Positions 35,580 through 45,714 of a stretch of DNA of 64,000 nt are shown piece after piece. This DNA is from Acidobacteriota bacterium (GTDB lineage: Bacteria; Acidobacteriota; UBA890; WLXD01). Position numbers and translations under genes: made by a program. The notes beneath the pieces are model-generated. The model was given only the letters and a program-made list of their open reading frames with translations. It was not told the DNA's origin and searched no databases. The stretch is taken from assembly GCA_965248695.1 (NCBI GenBank), contig CBDFKD010000002.1:4384001-4448000 (forward strand), written 5' to 3'. How positions within the stretch are numbered: the first letter of the stretch is position 1; every line of letters starts with the position of its first letter.

Positions 35580-36053
35580 TCAGCTCTCCAGCATCGACTC
35601 GAGCTTGCGTGCCAGCTTCATGCCGCCGGTCGCGGACCGGGTCACGATCAACAGGGTGTCGTCGCCGGCGATGGCGCCCAGAGCCTCGGGGAGGCGACCG
35701 AGAGCCCGGGCGTCGTCGAGTGCCGCGGCGACGGGCTGGGCGCTGCCGGGAGGTGTGCGCACGACGACCAGATTGGCGGAGCTGCTGATCTCGGAGACGA
35801 ACTGTCGAAATCGATTCTGGAGCTCGTCGGGCTGCTCCGCTACGGCGGCGAGCCGGTAGACAACGCGGGTGTCGTCGAGCGATTCCCGGTGCGCACCGAT
35901 GGCGACAAGGTCGCGCGAAACGGTTGTTTGGCTGACGACGTGTCCCTGGCCCGCCAGGCGGCGCAGTATCTCCGCCTGCGATGAGATCCCGCCACCCTCG
36001 ATGAGGCGGCGCAAGAGAAGACGACGATGCGCGGCGCTTGTGCGGGTCGGCAT
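35580..36053 (-). CDS. argR: Arginine repressor
   Basis: SQAEI, VSQTTVSRDL, VVRTPPGSAQ, GAIAGDDTLLI. Start placed at ATG 36053. Confidence 0.92.
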   Translation of the reverse strand: MPTRTSAAHRRLLLRRLIEGGGISSQAEILRRLAGQGHVVSQTTVSRDLVAIGAHRESLDDTRVVYRLAAVAEQPDELQNRFRQFVSEISSSANLVVVRTPPGSAQPVAAALDDARALGRLPEALGAIAGDDTLLIVTRSATGGMKLARKLESMLES

Positions 36054-36091
36054 GGCGAAGCTCTTCTTTGCAGAAAGGGTCGTCGATAATC

Positions 36092-36109
36092 TATGCGCAT
36101 ATGCGCATA
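36092..36109. promoter_or_regulatory. Perfect 18-bp palindrome, putative ARG box
   Basis: TATGCGCATATGCGCATA lies between a minus-strand TATAGT (-10-like, 36117-36112) and argR. Confidence 0.6.
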
Positions 36110-36319
36110 ACACTATATAGTCACGGGGCCATTTCAGTAGGTGCGGCGCGGATCGGGCCGAGCATCGGATCGCGAGGCTCCTTACTTGCACCACCGCGAG
36201 CCCGATCTGCTGCCGCACCCGTAGTGCCGCGCTGGACGTCGCGTTGATTCTGATGCAGTGGCTTGTCCGCCGGGCGCGACACCGTTCGTCTCTTCGCCAG
36301 CATCGACTATATTGCCGCC

Positions 36320-38488
36320 ATGCTTCCAGGTTGGACGGTCCTTGCCGGTGTGGCGCTGTTTGGCAGCAGCCTCTACATAGGGGCGGTAGCGGCTCGTGTC
36401 TGGAGGTTCGTTCCCAACTGGCTGGGTGTTTCGTTCGGTGCGCTAGCGGGCGGGATCTGTATCTGGAATGTCGGATATGGCTTCGAGATTCTGAGCCCTG
36501 ACCTCGGCGGCAAGATTTTCTGGGCGAAGTTCCAGTACGTCGGCATCCTCAGTACACCCGTCGCGTGGCTTTTTGTGGCGCTATCGTACACCCGCCGCGA
36601 ACGCTGGCTCGGCAGCAGAGTAGTGATGGGTCTGAGCGCGGTACCGGTGCTCATGTTGCTGCTGGTTTGGACCAACGAGCTGCATGGCTTGATTTGGTCG
36701 CGGGTGGCTCTGCTGGCCACAACCTCGTATCCGATGCTCGACGTCGACTACGGTCCTGTCTTCTGGATTAGCACCGCGTACGCCTACGTGCTGATGGCGA
36801 TCGCTGCCGCCGTCGTGGCCGAGGAGATCGCCACAACGGCGAGGTTGTTCCGCGCCCAGCGGTTCGTCTTGCTCATTGCAGCGATCTGCCCGTGGTTTGG
36901 GAACATGCTGCACTTGGCCGGTCTCGCCTGGTTGCGCGGGGTCGATCCGACACCGTTCGGTTTTTGCGTCAGCGCTGTTGCCGTGGGCTATGGGCTCCAA
37001 CGAAGGCGCCTCGTAGAGCTCGCCCCGATGGCACGCCGCGCTATGTTCGAGTTCATCGACGCCGGTGCCATCATTCTCGATCTGGAGGGGAGAGTTCTCG
37101 ACCTCAATCCTGCCGCGGAGAAGATCCTGGGTGTGCACGAGTCTGTGTTCGGCAGACCGATCGAAACCTGGTTTTGCAATTCGCGCCCGCTGCTCGAAGA
37201 GCCGCACGGGGTCCTGCGGGCAAGCCAACGGAACTTCACCAATGCAGCCGGCAGGACAGGCCACTACGAGTTGGCTCTCTATCCGATCCGTGGTCTCGAT
37301 GGCGACGTCTTCGCGCGACTGCTGGTTATCGACGAGGCAACTCGGCGCGTCGAGGCACTCGATGCTCTCGATGAATCCCAGCGGCGGTTCGAGGCCCTCA
37401 TCGAGTCGATTCCGGGAATCGTCTGGGAGGCGCGCCTTGAGCCATTGGAGTTCACCTTCGTGAGCAGCAAGACCGAGGCGCTGCTCGGCTATCCAGCCAC
37501 GCGCTGGACCGACGACGCGAACTTCTGGATAGAGCGCATGCACCCTGAGGACCGAGACTGGGTGCTTGATTTCGTTGAAGAGATGGAGCGTGCCGGGCGG
37601 GCTCACGAGTTCGAGTACCGCATGATCCATGCGGATGGGACGCCGGTTTGGTTTCGCGACGTCGTGGGTGCCCCGGGGCCGGATACCATGCTGCTAAGTG
37701 GAATCATGGTCGACATTACCGAGCGCAAACGGCTGGAGCAGCACGTACAGCAAGTTGATCGTCTCGAGACGATCGATCGTTTTGCCGCTGGCATGGCGCA
37801 TGACTTCAACAACCTCGTCACGGCGATTACGGTGTATGGGGAGCTGGCCAAGGACTCTCTTGATCCGGGGCATCCGGCGTGCGCCGAGGTGGACGGGATC
37901 ATCGCTGCGTGCGATCGGGCCGCCGAGTTGACTGGAACCCTCCTGACCGCCAGCCGAGCTGCCGGTGGGGAGCCTCGGCCAATGGAGCTCAACGACATTC
38001 TCGTCAAGCTCGAGCCAATGCTGCAGCGTCTCGTAGGCGACGACATTGCCCTCGACATGAACCTGACGCGAGATCTGCGTCGCGTGACGGCCGACCCGGC
38101 AGACGTTGAACAGCTCATCATGAACCTGGCAACCAACGCTCGCGACGCCATGCCTTTCGGGGGCCAACTCACGATCGCGACTACGACCGCGACTCTCCCG
38201 GGGGCCGCTGACGAGAGGGGGCCCCCAGAGGATGCCGCCTCCTACACCGTGTTGGTAGTCGGTGATACCGGGGTGGGCATGAGCCAGGACGACCAGGCGC
38301 GAATCTTCGACCCGTTCTTTACGACCAAGACCGGTGTAGCCGGGACCGGTCTTGGACTCACCAGCGTCGGTCGCGTCGTTCGTCAGATCGGTGGCACTAT
38401 CGAGGTTGCCAGCGCGGTCGGCGACGGGTCAGTGTTCAAAATCTATTTCCCGGGAAGGAGCCGGATCGCGGAGAGCCCGGATCTCTAG
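36320..38488 (+). CDS. Sensor histidine kinase (HisKA_7TM-type N-terminus, two PAS, HisKA, HATPase)
   Basis: Multiple TMs with WTNELHGLIW; PAS motifs LNPAAE and HPEDR; AHDFNN, NARDAM, DTGVGM, FDPFFTTK, GLGL. Confidence 0.9.
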   Translation: MLPGWTVLAGVALFGSSLYIGAVAARVWRFVPNWLGVSFGALAGGICIWNVGYGFEILSPDLGGKIFWAKFQYVGILSTPVAWLFVALSYTRRERWLGSRVVMGLSAVPVLMLLLVWTNELHGLIWSRVALLATTSYPMLDVDYGPVFWISTAYAYVLMAIAAAVVAEEIATTARLFRAQRFVLLIAAICPWFGNMLHLAGLAWLRGVDPTPFGFCVSAVAVGYGLQRRRLVELAPMARRAMFEFIDAGAIILDLEGRVLDLNPAAEKILGVHESVFGRPIETWFCNSRPLLEEPHGVLRASQRNFTNAAGRTGHYELALYPIRGLDGDVFARLLVIDEATRRVEALDALDESQRRFEALIESIPGIVWEARLEPLEFTFVSSKTEALLGYPATRWTDDANFWIERMHPEDRDWVLDFVEEMERAGRAHEFEYRMIHADGTPVWFRDVVGAPGPDTMLLSGIMVDITERKRLEQHVQQVDRLETIDRFAAGMAHDFNNLVTAITVYGELAKDSLDPGHPACAEVDGIIAACDRAAELTGTLLTASRAAGGEPRPMELNDILVKLEPMLQRLVGDDIALDMNLTRDLRRVTADPADVEQLIMNLATNARDAMPFGGQLTIATTTATLPGAADERGPPEDAASYTVLVVGDTGVGMSQDDQARIFDPFFTTKTGVAGTGLGLTSVGRVVRQIGGTIEVASAVGDGSVFKIYFPGRSRIAESPDL

Positions 38489-38551
38489 GCCGTCGGTGGT
38501 ACCGGCGGACACTTCCAGATGCGTCGATTCAGCTACGCGCTGCCATCAGCG

Positions 38552-39892
38552 CTACCATCGATGGTCGGCAGGGTCGATTCGGAGCGCGCGGAACTTCTCA
38601 TAAAGAGTGCTGCGTGCAACGCCCAGACGGCTCGCAGTTCGAACAACGTTGCCGCGCTCCTGCCGCAGCGCCTCCCGAATGTGCTCACCCTCCAGCTCCG
38701 ACAGCGTCGGAGCGCGGCCAGGAACCGGCACTGGAGGTCCTTGTGGAGTGAGGGTGTGCTCAAAGCGCAGATGGTGGCGGCGGATAGGCTCCCCATCGGC
38801 GGCCAGGGCGGCGCGTTCGAGGACATTGCGCAGTTCACGGAAGTTCCCCGGCCACGGGTGCTCGGCCAGCGCGGCCGCGGCCTCGTCGGTCAGCTGCGTG
38901 GCATCGGCGGTGGGCGAGATCACCTGCCCGAGCATGCGGCGGGCGAGAATCGGGAGATCCTCTAGGCGCTCCCGAAGGGGTGGAATCCTCAATACGATGG
39001 TGCTGGGCCGAAAGTAGAGATCGGCACGGAAGCCACCCTGTGTCACCAACTCGCTGAGGTCCTGGTTGGCTGCGGCGATCAGGCGCATATCGACGCTGCG
39101 CTCGCGCAGCCCGCCCAAGCGGCGAAAGGTCTTGTCTTCCAGCACCGTAAGCAGCCTCGGCTGGAGCTGACGTTCGACGTCTCCGATCTCGTCGAGAAAC
39201 AGCGTCCCCCCGTCAGCGAGCTCCAGTAACCCCTTCTTGTCCTCCGACGCGCCAGTGAACGAGCCGCGCTTGTGGCCGAAGAGCTCGCTGTGCAGGAGCT
39301 CCGCAGCGAGGCCGCTGCAGTTCAGGGCGACGAAGGGTCCCTTGGCGCGGGGACCGCCGCCATGGAGCCACCGGGCCAGGACGCCTTTGCCGCTGCCGGT
39401 CTCGCCCTGTACGAGCACCGGACCCCGAGTGCGCAGCGCGAGGCCGGCATCGGCCGTCAAGTTGGCGACCGCCGGGCTGGTGCCGAAGAAGGGATCGACA
39501 GGTGGGGCTGCGTCGGGGCTCGGGCCCTCGCGTTCGCGGAGCCGTTGCCGAAGTAGTCCCACCAGTTCGGCGGGCTGCATCGGTTTTGTCAGAAAGTCGA
39601 CAGCACCATGCTTTATCGCGCGAACTGCCAGGTCGATGGATCCGTACCCCGTCAGGATCAGGATCGGGATGTCCCGGCCGAGGACTTGCATTCGCGGCAG
39701 GAGCCGCAGCGCGTCGCCGTCTGGCAGCGAGTAGTCCAGCACCGCCGCGTCTGGTCGTTCGGCACGAAAGGCGTGCTCGCCACTACTTGCTGTCGCCGCC
39801 GAGCAGACGTCGAAACCGGATCGCAGCAGGTACCGGCACGTGGCTTGCCGGACGTCCTGGTCGTCTTCGACGACCAGTATCTTGTGAGCCAT
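38552..39892 (-). CDS. Sigma-54-dependent response regulator (NtrC-family bEBP)
   Basis: REC domain (ILVVEDD, LDYSLPD), GETGSGK, ELFGHKRGSFTGA, LFLDEIG, WPGNFREL, Fis-type HTH. Confidence 0.93.
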   Translation of the reverse strand: MAHKILVVEDDQDVRQATCRYLLRSGFDVCSAATASSGEHAFRAERPDAAVLDYSLPDGDALRLLPRMQVLGRDIPILILTGYGSIDLAVRAIKHGAVDFLTKPMQPAELVGLLRQRLREREGPSPDAAPPVDPFFGTSPAVANLTADAGLALRTRGPVLVQGETGSGKGVLARWLHGGGPRAKGPFVALNCSGLAAELLHSELFGHKRGSFTGASEDKKGLLELADGGTLFLDEIGDVERQLQPRLLTVLEDKTFRRLGGLRERSVDMRLIAAANQDLSELVTQGGFRADLYFRPSTIVLRIPPLRERLEDLPILARRMLGQVISPTADATQLTDEAAAALAEHPWPGNFRELRNVLERAALAADGEPIRRHHLRFEHTLTPQGPPVPVPGRAPTLSELEGEHIREALRQERGNVVRTASRLGVARSTLYEKFRALRIDPADHRW

Positions 39893-40086
39893 TCTGCCCC
39901 CTGTGCCTATCATACCAAGGGGCTCCGTTGGATGAACGGCGTCGGACCCCAGAATTAGTGGTCCCGAATTGATGCCGCCACGGTGCTCTCGCCGTGCACA
40001 CTCCACTCGTGCTACAGCGTCGGTTCCGGCCGGTGCTGTCGGGTCGGGCCATGAAGCGCCTTGACGGCCTCGTCTCGACCAAGCAG

Positions 40087-40124
40087 TGACCGAATTTCGT
40101 ACATCCATGTCGGTTTTCCGAACA
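40087..40124. promoter_or_regulatory. Tandem putative bEBP enhancer sites
   Basis: TGACCGAATTTCGTACA (40087-40103) and TGTCGGTTTTCCGAACA (40108-40124), 21 bp apart. Confidence 0.55.
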
Positions 40125-40198
40125 TGTCAGGGGTCGGTGAGCTCGCGCAGCTCGAGCGGCATATCGACTCTGCTTGCCTTCGAGGGGAAACGCCGGCT

Positions 40199-40215
40199 TT
40201 GGCCTGCTTCTTGCA
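40199..40215 (+). promoter_or_regulatory. Sigma-54 (-24/-12) promoter
   Basis: TTGGCCTGCTTCTTGCA: GG (40201-40202), N10, GC (40213-40214); divergent from the bEBP gene. Confidence 0.7.
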
Positions 40216-40305
40216 GTCCAACTCATGGGGAGGTGGGCGTGGCGGGTTGCGGCAAGTGCCGGCTGGCCGCGTGTGGGTAGGTTCCAGATCCCATGAGGTG
40301 CTCTA

Positions 40306-40635
40306 GTGAGCCGAATCAGTTGCGTTGTTCTGGGTGTTGCCGTTCACGCGCTGGCTGTCGGGGGGCTGGCGTTGGTCTTGTTCGCACCGACCGTGCAGCA
40401 GCCGGATATCGCCCGAGCGGCGGGCGCCGTCCTGATCGGATTGTTGACCGTCGCGGCGGTGGGCCCCGTTGCCGTCGTGGCCGGATACCGGTATGGAGCG
40501 CGGCGGGCGTTCCAGGATGCTCTGCCGTTGCGCCGCGCGGACGACCTCCTGCGCGCGGTTGCCCAGGGCTGGGGACCGTTCAAACGGCTCCGCGGGCGTG
40601 GGAGTGCACGTCTGAAGATACTCCGAGCGACCTAG
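40306..40635 (+). CDS. Small hypothetical membrane protein (about two TMs)
   Basis: GAGGTG SD before GTG; two hydrophobic stretches and a basic tail. Confidence 0.55.
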   Translation: MSRISCVVLGVAVHALAVGGLALVLFAPTVQQPDIARAAGAVLIGLLTVAAVGPVAVVAGYRYGARRAFQDALPLRRADDLLRAVAQGWGPFKRLRGRGSARLKILRAT

Positions 40636-40638
40636 ACC

Positions 40639-41052
40639 GTGAGCGCGCGCGCGAGCCCGTCACTGCGGCGGGCAGACCCACGGATGGATGTGCGCATTTC
40701 TGTGCGCCTGCAGCGCGCCCACGATAATCCGACCATCTCTGGGGTGACTCTGAATCTGTCTCGTCGCGGGGCGCTGGTCCGACTCGAACAACAAATCGTA
40801 GTCGGCTCCCGCTATCTCATCCAAGTCCTGGCGCCAGACGGTTTCAACTTCTCGGACGGCACGGCGTGCGCGAGGTGTGGGGCAGTCCCACTGCCAGAAT
40901 TCGTGCTTCAGCAGACTGTCTGGGCTCGGACACTCCGACAGGGACAGGGGGTGAACGTGTAGGCCGCGACCTTCGAGTTCGAGAGCCTTCTCGAGATCCT
41001 CGAATCCGTGCGCTTCGGCGACGAGGAGGCCGCCACTCAGCACTTGGCGTGA
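40639..41052 (+). pseudogene. PilZ-domain protein with in-frame TAG at 40960-40962 (or a 107-aa protein ending there)
   Basis: RRADPR (RxxxR) and NLSRRG (D/NxSxxG) c-di-GMP motifs, CARC insert; frame continues AATFEFESLLEILESVRFGDEEAATQHLA* after the TAG. Confidence 0.6.
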
Positions 41053-41085
41053 CGTCGACCATACAGCTCCCCGTCGGGCGGACTC

Positions 41086-41409
41086 ATGAACGGTTCTGGT
41101 CAAGCGCAACGACGCGGATGCCTTCAAATCGTGGGCATCCTGGCACAGCCTCCCCTGCGCACGCTGCGCCTGTTATGGCAGCGTGAGCGTTTGTTGCGCG
41201 GGTTCGCCGACCATGGCCTCGAGTCGGGCGGCTGGCGCGCATCGCTCACGCTGGAACGGATAGACACGATTGATCGCGCCGTTCACCGCGCCTCTGAGCG
41301 GACGGTTGCGGAGCTCGGCCGACAGCGCGACGACGACGAGTGGCTGGTCGCCTTTCTGCGCAATCTGGGGGCACTTCGAGAGCTCGAGGAAGTTGAAGCG
41401 CCGCTATAG
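41086..41409 (+). CDS. Hypothetical protein
   Basis: 107-aa ORF co-oriented with the sigma-54 target genes; no recognised motif. Confidence 0.45.
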   Translation: MNGSGQAQRRGCLQIVGILAQPPLRTLRLLWQRERLLRGFADHGLESGGWRASLTLERIDTIDRAVHRASERTVAELGRQRDDDEWLVAFLRNLGALRELEEVEAPL

Positions 41410-41511
41410 AGAGATTTACTGAGGAGTTATTGATCGAGGCAGGGTTATGGCGCCTATGGCCACGAGGAACTACGTAACTACGCGGGCGCGGGGTCGCCGT
41501 CCGAGCATCGC

Positions 41512-43041
41512 CTAGGGACGGTAGCGCAGCGCCTCGAGCGCATGCTGCTCCTGTACCCGGCCAGCGCCGTCGAGGTCGGCGATCGTCCTCGCCACCCGCA
41601 GCATGCGATGCCAGGCGCGGGCGCTCAAACGTAGGTCGTCGGCGAATCGACGTACCTGCCTCAGCAGCGCCGGTCCCAGGCCGCAGGCGACGTCCAGACG
41701 GCGCGCCGGGAGCGCCGCGTTGAGCCCTGTTGGGGTGGCCTCGAGATGGCGATTGCGCTGGCGCTGCAGCTGGCGTGCGGCGATCACGCGCTTGCGCACC
41801 TCGGCAGTCGGCTCGCCGGGGTCAGCGTGGACAAGCTCGCGCAGGCAGGTACGCTCGACGGGGACGAAGATGTCGATGCGGTCGAGCAGGGCGCCCGAGA
41901 TGCGCCGGCGGTAGCGGGAGATCTCCAGCTCGCCGCAGGTGCAACCGTCGTCGCCCGGCCCGCGACCACACGGACACTCGTTCATGGCGCCGATGAGCTG
42001 AAAGCGGGCAGGGAATCGACAGGTCTCGTTGGCGCGCACGATGAGTGCCTCGCCGTGCTCCAACGGCTGGCGAAGCGACTCCAGAGCATGCCGCTGGAAC
42101 TCGGGAAGCTCGTCGAGGAACAGCACTCCGTGGGTCGCCAGGCTGATCTCGCCGGGGCGCAGCGGGGCGCCTCCGCCCATCAGGCCGGCAGGGGTGATGC
42201 CGTGGTGGGGGGCTCGAAACGGGCGCTCGTGCAGGAGCCCGCGTCCGTGAAGTCCGCCCACCACCGAATGCACCGCGCTGACCTCGAGGGCCTCATCGAA
42301 TTCCAACGCCGGCAACACCCCCGGGAGCGCGCGTGCGAGCAGCGTCTTGCCAGCGCCCGGTGGTCCGCTCATGAGCAGGTGGTGCCCACCCGCCGCCGCC
42401 AGCTCCAGCGCCCGTCGGGCCGTCTCCTGCCCCTTCACCTCGGCGAGGTCCACGGCGCAGGTCTGCCACCGCTCTTGCGGTGCAGAAGGCTCGGTGGCAG
42501 CGATCTCGCGCTCGCCGCGTCCCCAGGCGACCGCGTCGGCGAGCGAGTCGATCCCCAGCGCTTCGACGTCAGGAACCGCGCCGGCCTCGTCGACGTTGGC
42601 GGTTGGTACCAGGATCCGCCGCACGCCGGCGGCTCGCGCCGCCATGGTGGCGGGAAGGACGCCCGGAACCGGCTGTGTGCGGCCGTCCAGCGACAGCTCG
42701 CCCATGCATAGCGCCGTTTCGAATCGTTTCACCGGCACAGCGCCGTCGGCCACCAGTATCGCGACCGCGATCGGCAGGTCGAGTGCAGAGCCGCTCTTGC
42801 GGGTACCGGCGGGCGCCAGGTTGATGGTCGTGCGCCGCGGCGGCAACGCCAATCCACAGTGACTGCAGGCGGCGTGGATGCGGTCGAGGCTCTCCCGGAC
42901 AGCGCTCCCGGGGAGGCCGACGATCGTCTGCCGGGGGAGGCCTCGGCCACGGTGTGCCTCGACCGTCAGCAGCGTTGCGTGCACGCCGCTGATCATCGCG
43001 GACTGGATGCGCGCCAAGACGGCCGGTCCGGTGTCCTGCAC
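41512..43041 (-). CDS. comM: ComM/YifB Mg-chelatase-like AAA+ ATPase
   Basis: IVGLP, TINLAPA, DLPIA, GPPGAGKT, PFRAPHH, GEISLATHGVLFLDELPEF, LLDRID, ARTIADL. Confidence 0.93.
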   Translation of the reverse strand: MQDTGPAVLARIQSAMISGVHATLLTVEAHRGRGLPRQTIVGLPGSAVRESLDRIHAACSHCGLALPPRRTTINLAPAGTRKSGSALDLPIAVAILVADGAVPVKRFETALCMGELSLDGRTQPVPGVLPATMAARAAGVRRILVPTANVDEAGAVPDVEALGIDSLADAVAWGRGEREIAATEPSAPQERWQTCAVDLAEVKGQETARRALELAAAGGHHLLMSGPPGAGKTLLARALPGVLPALEFDEALEVSAVHSVVGGLHGRGLLHERPFRAPHHGITPAGLMGGGAPLRPGEISLATHGVLFLDELPEFQRHALESLRQPLEHGEALIVRANETCRFPARFQLIGAMNECPCGRGPGDDGCTCGELEISRYRRRISGALLDRIDIFVPVERTCLRELVHADPGEPTAEVRKRVIAARQLQRQRNRHLEATPTGLNAALPARRLDVACGLGPALLRQVRRFADDLRLSARAWHRMLRVARTIADLDGAGRVQEQHALEALRYRP

Positions 43042-43162
43042 AGGTCTCCTCTGGATAGCGCCTGGCGCCTCTTACGGTTCGGATGCACGCGTCCCTCGCC
43101 AGGAGACGGACGAGAAGCGCCCGTTTCTCGCCCGGCGGGCCGATTTCGTGTATGACGTTGTC

Positions 43163-43603
43163 ATGGGCAAGCACGGCAAGGTCATCGCGGCGGGCGGCAT
43201 CCTCGAGCGCCCGGGTCCGGAGGGTACCGAGATTGCTCTCGTTCACCGCACCCGCTACCGGCACGTCGACGGCTCGATCGGAGACTGGGTGTTGCCGAAG
43301 GGCAAAATCGAGCCCGGTGAGAGCGTCGAGGACGCCGCGCTCCGTGAGGTGACCGAGGAGACCGGCTACGCCGCCAGCATCGTGGGCCCGTCGTTCACTG
43401 TCCAGTACCCGGTAGGGGACGAGCTCAAGAGAGTCCGCTTCATTCGTATGCTGGCGCTGGCCGCCGCCGGGCCGATCGATGAGTCAGAGGTCGACGCCGT
43501 CTGCTGGCTGCGGCCGGCTGGCGCCATAGCGCGGCTCACGTACGCGAACGAGCGCCAGATCGTGGCACGAGCGTTCGGACTCGAGCAGCCGCCGGAAGCT
43601 TGA
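43163..43603 (+). CDS. NUDIX hydrolase
   Basis: WVLPKGKIEPGESVEDAALREVTEETG Nudix box. Confidence 0.9.
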   Translation: MGKHGKVIAAGGILERPGPEGTEIALVHRTRYRHVDGSIGDWVLPKGKIEPGESVEDAALREVTEETGYAASIVGPSFTVQYPVGDELKRVRFIRMLALAAAGPIDESEVDAVCWLRPAGAIARLTYANERQIVARAFGLEQPPEA

Positions 43604-43647
43604 CCGCGGTTTTCGTCCCGGTGCTGTTGCGGCCCGCCGCCGCGAGC

Positions 43648-45714
43648 CTACTGACCAGTGCCGATCGTGTCGCGGATGACCAGCCGGTTGCCAGGGAACA
43701 GCGTTGTGCGGGTATTGATGCCGTTCCAGGAGCAGAGCTTCGCCACCGTGACGCCGAACCGTCGGGCGATGCGACCGAGCGTATCGCCGCGGCGCACGGT
43801 ATACGTGGTCGCAATGGAGCTGCCGTCCGTATGTAACTTCAGCTTGTTGCCCGGATAGATGCGGCTCGACGAAAGCTCGTTCCAGGCGCGGATGTCGCCC
43901 ACCGAAACACCATGCATTCGGGCGATGCCGTCGAGCGTGTCACCACGCCGCACGGTGTAGGTGAGCTCCTGGTCGCCGCCGGCGGCGCCCGGCGGCGAAG
44001 GTAGCTCCGGCGTTGCGCTGGTGCCGGCCGGCTTGGCAGCTACGGTCGAGGCGGTCGTGGTCGTGCCGCCGTAATAGACATCGAGCCTGTCGCCCTGATT
44101 GAGTCGATCAGAACGGAGGCCGTTCCATCGTTTTACGTTGGCCACGGTCGTGTCGTAGGCCCGTGCGATCAACCACAGGCTCTCACCGCGTCGCACCGTG
44201 TGGACGACCTTGTCGCCCTGACCGACCCCCGTGCGTTGGACCGTCTCGGGACGCACCGTGCTCGGCACGCTGGCACCGCCTGCGCCCTGCGCAACAGGGA
44301 TCAGAAGCTTGGTGCCAGCACGAACGCGCCGGGGATTGCGGATGCCGTTGTAGTCGGCGATGGCGCGCCACGACAATCCGTAGTCGTCGCCTATCCGCGA
44401 CAACGTCTCGCCCTGGCTGACAACGTGCTCGGCGACACGCACTCGGTCCTCGACCGGGATCGCGGCGTAGGCGACCCGAAAGTGGCGGGCGCGTCCGACG
44501 GGGACCCGGAGGGTGTACTCCGCGATCCGGGGCGTCGTACGACGCAGCAACTGCGGGTTGAGCTCCTGGATTGTCTCCAGGGTCGTGCCGGCTGCCTCGG
44601 CGATGACCTGCAGGTCAGTCATCGAGTCGATCGTGACCTCGTCATACTCGAACGGCGGTTGCTCGTTGATAATGAAGTCGTAGCGTTCCGGATCCGACCC
44701 GATGAGTATGGCGGCGAGAATCTTGGGAACGAACTCGCGCGTCTCGCGCGGCAGCGCCGGCGTCGTGGCCAGGCTCCAAAAGTCGGTCGCGCCGGTCCGT
44801 CGCATCGCCCGGCCGACGCGGCCCTTGCCACCGTTGTAGGCCGCGATAGCCAGGTGCCAGTCGTCGAACTCCGAGTAGTAGTCGAGAATGAAACGCGCGA
44901 TCGCCCGCGTCGACTTGACCGGATCGCGGCGCTCATCGACGAAGTAGTCGACCCGCAGGCCGTAGAGGCGGGCGGTGGGCGCCATCAGTTGCCACAGGCC
45001 CACCGCACTGGCCCGTGAGCGGACGACAGGCTTGAAGAGGCTCTCGATCAGCGGGATCCACGCCAGCTCAGCGGGCACGCCGGCTTCAGCGAAAGTCTCG
45101 AGGATCAGTGGCAGGTACCGCTGGGCGCGTTCCAGGCCACCTTGAACGTACTCGTGACGTTGGGTGGAAAGGAACTTCACCGCTTCGATAACGCGGGGGT
45201 TGTCGGCGGGCACCGGGATGGTGAAACGCGGTAGCGCCGGAAGGGTGTCGGCGAGGCGGGCGCGGAGCATGTCGATCTCGGCGCTGCTGAGTACCGGAAT
45301 CTCCTCGCTGGGCAGATCGGGTGCTGACGCTTCTACCGGAATCAGGTAGATGTCGTGTTGCTGGGAGTCGACACGGTTGACGACGGTGTTGAAGGCACCG
45401 CGGAACTCGGCCTCGTCGCCCACCGGAATGTCGGCTTCCATGAACACGCTGATCGCGGCGTCAAAATGCTGCTGCGCCTCGATCTCATCGCCGTCGCGCA
45501 GGGCTTCGACTCCGAGGCCGTAGTGACGGTCCGCCTCCACGCGGAGCTCCTCGACCGTGGGTTGGGGCTCCTCGATGGCCAACGGCGGCACCAGCTCCGG
45601 TGGTGGCGCGGTTGCCTTGGAGCAACCTACCGTGACGGTAACCACAGCGAGCAGGGCAACGGCCGCAGAACGGCCCGATGGATTAGCGTCGAAGGAACAG
45701 ATCGTGGTCTTCAC
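43648..45714 (-). CDS. mltD: MltD-like lytic transglycosylase lipoprotein with multiple LysM domains
   Basis: Lipobox-like VTVGC; IESLF...AVGLWQLM, AAYNGG, ETREFVPK; repeated H/YTVRRGDTL LysM motifs. GTG start inferred. Confidence 0.88.
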   Translation of the reverse strand: MKTTICSFDANPSGRSAAVALLAVVTVTVGCSKATAPPPELVPPLAIEEPQPTVEELRVEADRHYGLGVEALRDGDEIEAQQHFDAAISVFMEADIPVGDEAEFRGAFNTVVNRVDSQQHDIYLIPVEASAPDLPSEEIPVLSSAEIDMLRARLADTLPALPRFTIPVPADNPRVIEAVKFLSTQRHEYVQGGLERAQRYLPLILETFAEAGVPAELAWIPLIESLFKPVVRSRASAVGLWQLMAPTARLYGLRVDYFVDERRDPVKSTRAIARFILDYYSEFDDWHLAIAAYNGGKGRVGRAMRRTGATDFWSLATTPALPRETREFVPKILAAILIGSDPERYDFIINEQPPFEYDEVTIDSMTDLQVIAEAAGTTLETIQELNPQLLRRTTPRIAEYTLRVPVGRARHFRVAYAAIPVEDRVRVAEHVVSQGETLSRIGDDYGLSWRAIADYNGIRNPRRVRAGTKLLIPVAQGAGGASVPSTVRPETVQRTGVGQGDKVVHTVRRGESLWLIARAYDTTVANVKRWNGLRSDRLNQGDRLDVYYGGTTTTASTVAAKPAGTSATPELPSPPGAAGGDQELTYTVRRGDTLDGIARMHGVSVGDIRAWNELSSSRIYPGNKLKLHTDGSSIATTYTVRRGDTLGRIARRFGVTVAKLCSWNGINTRTTLFPGNRLVIRDTIGTGQ

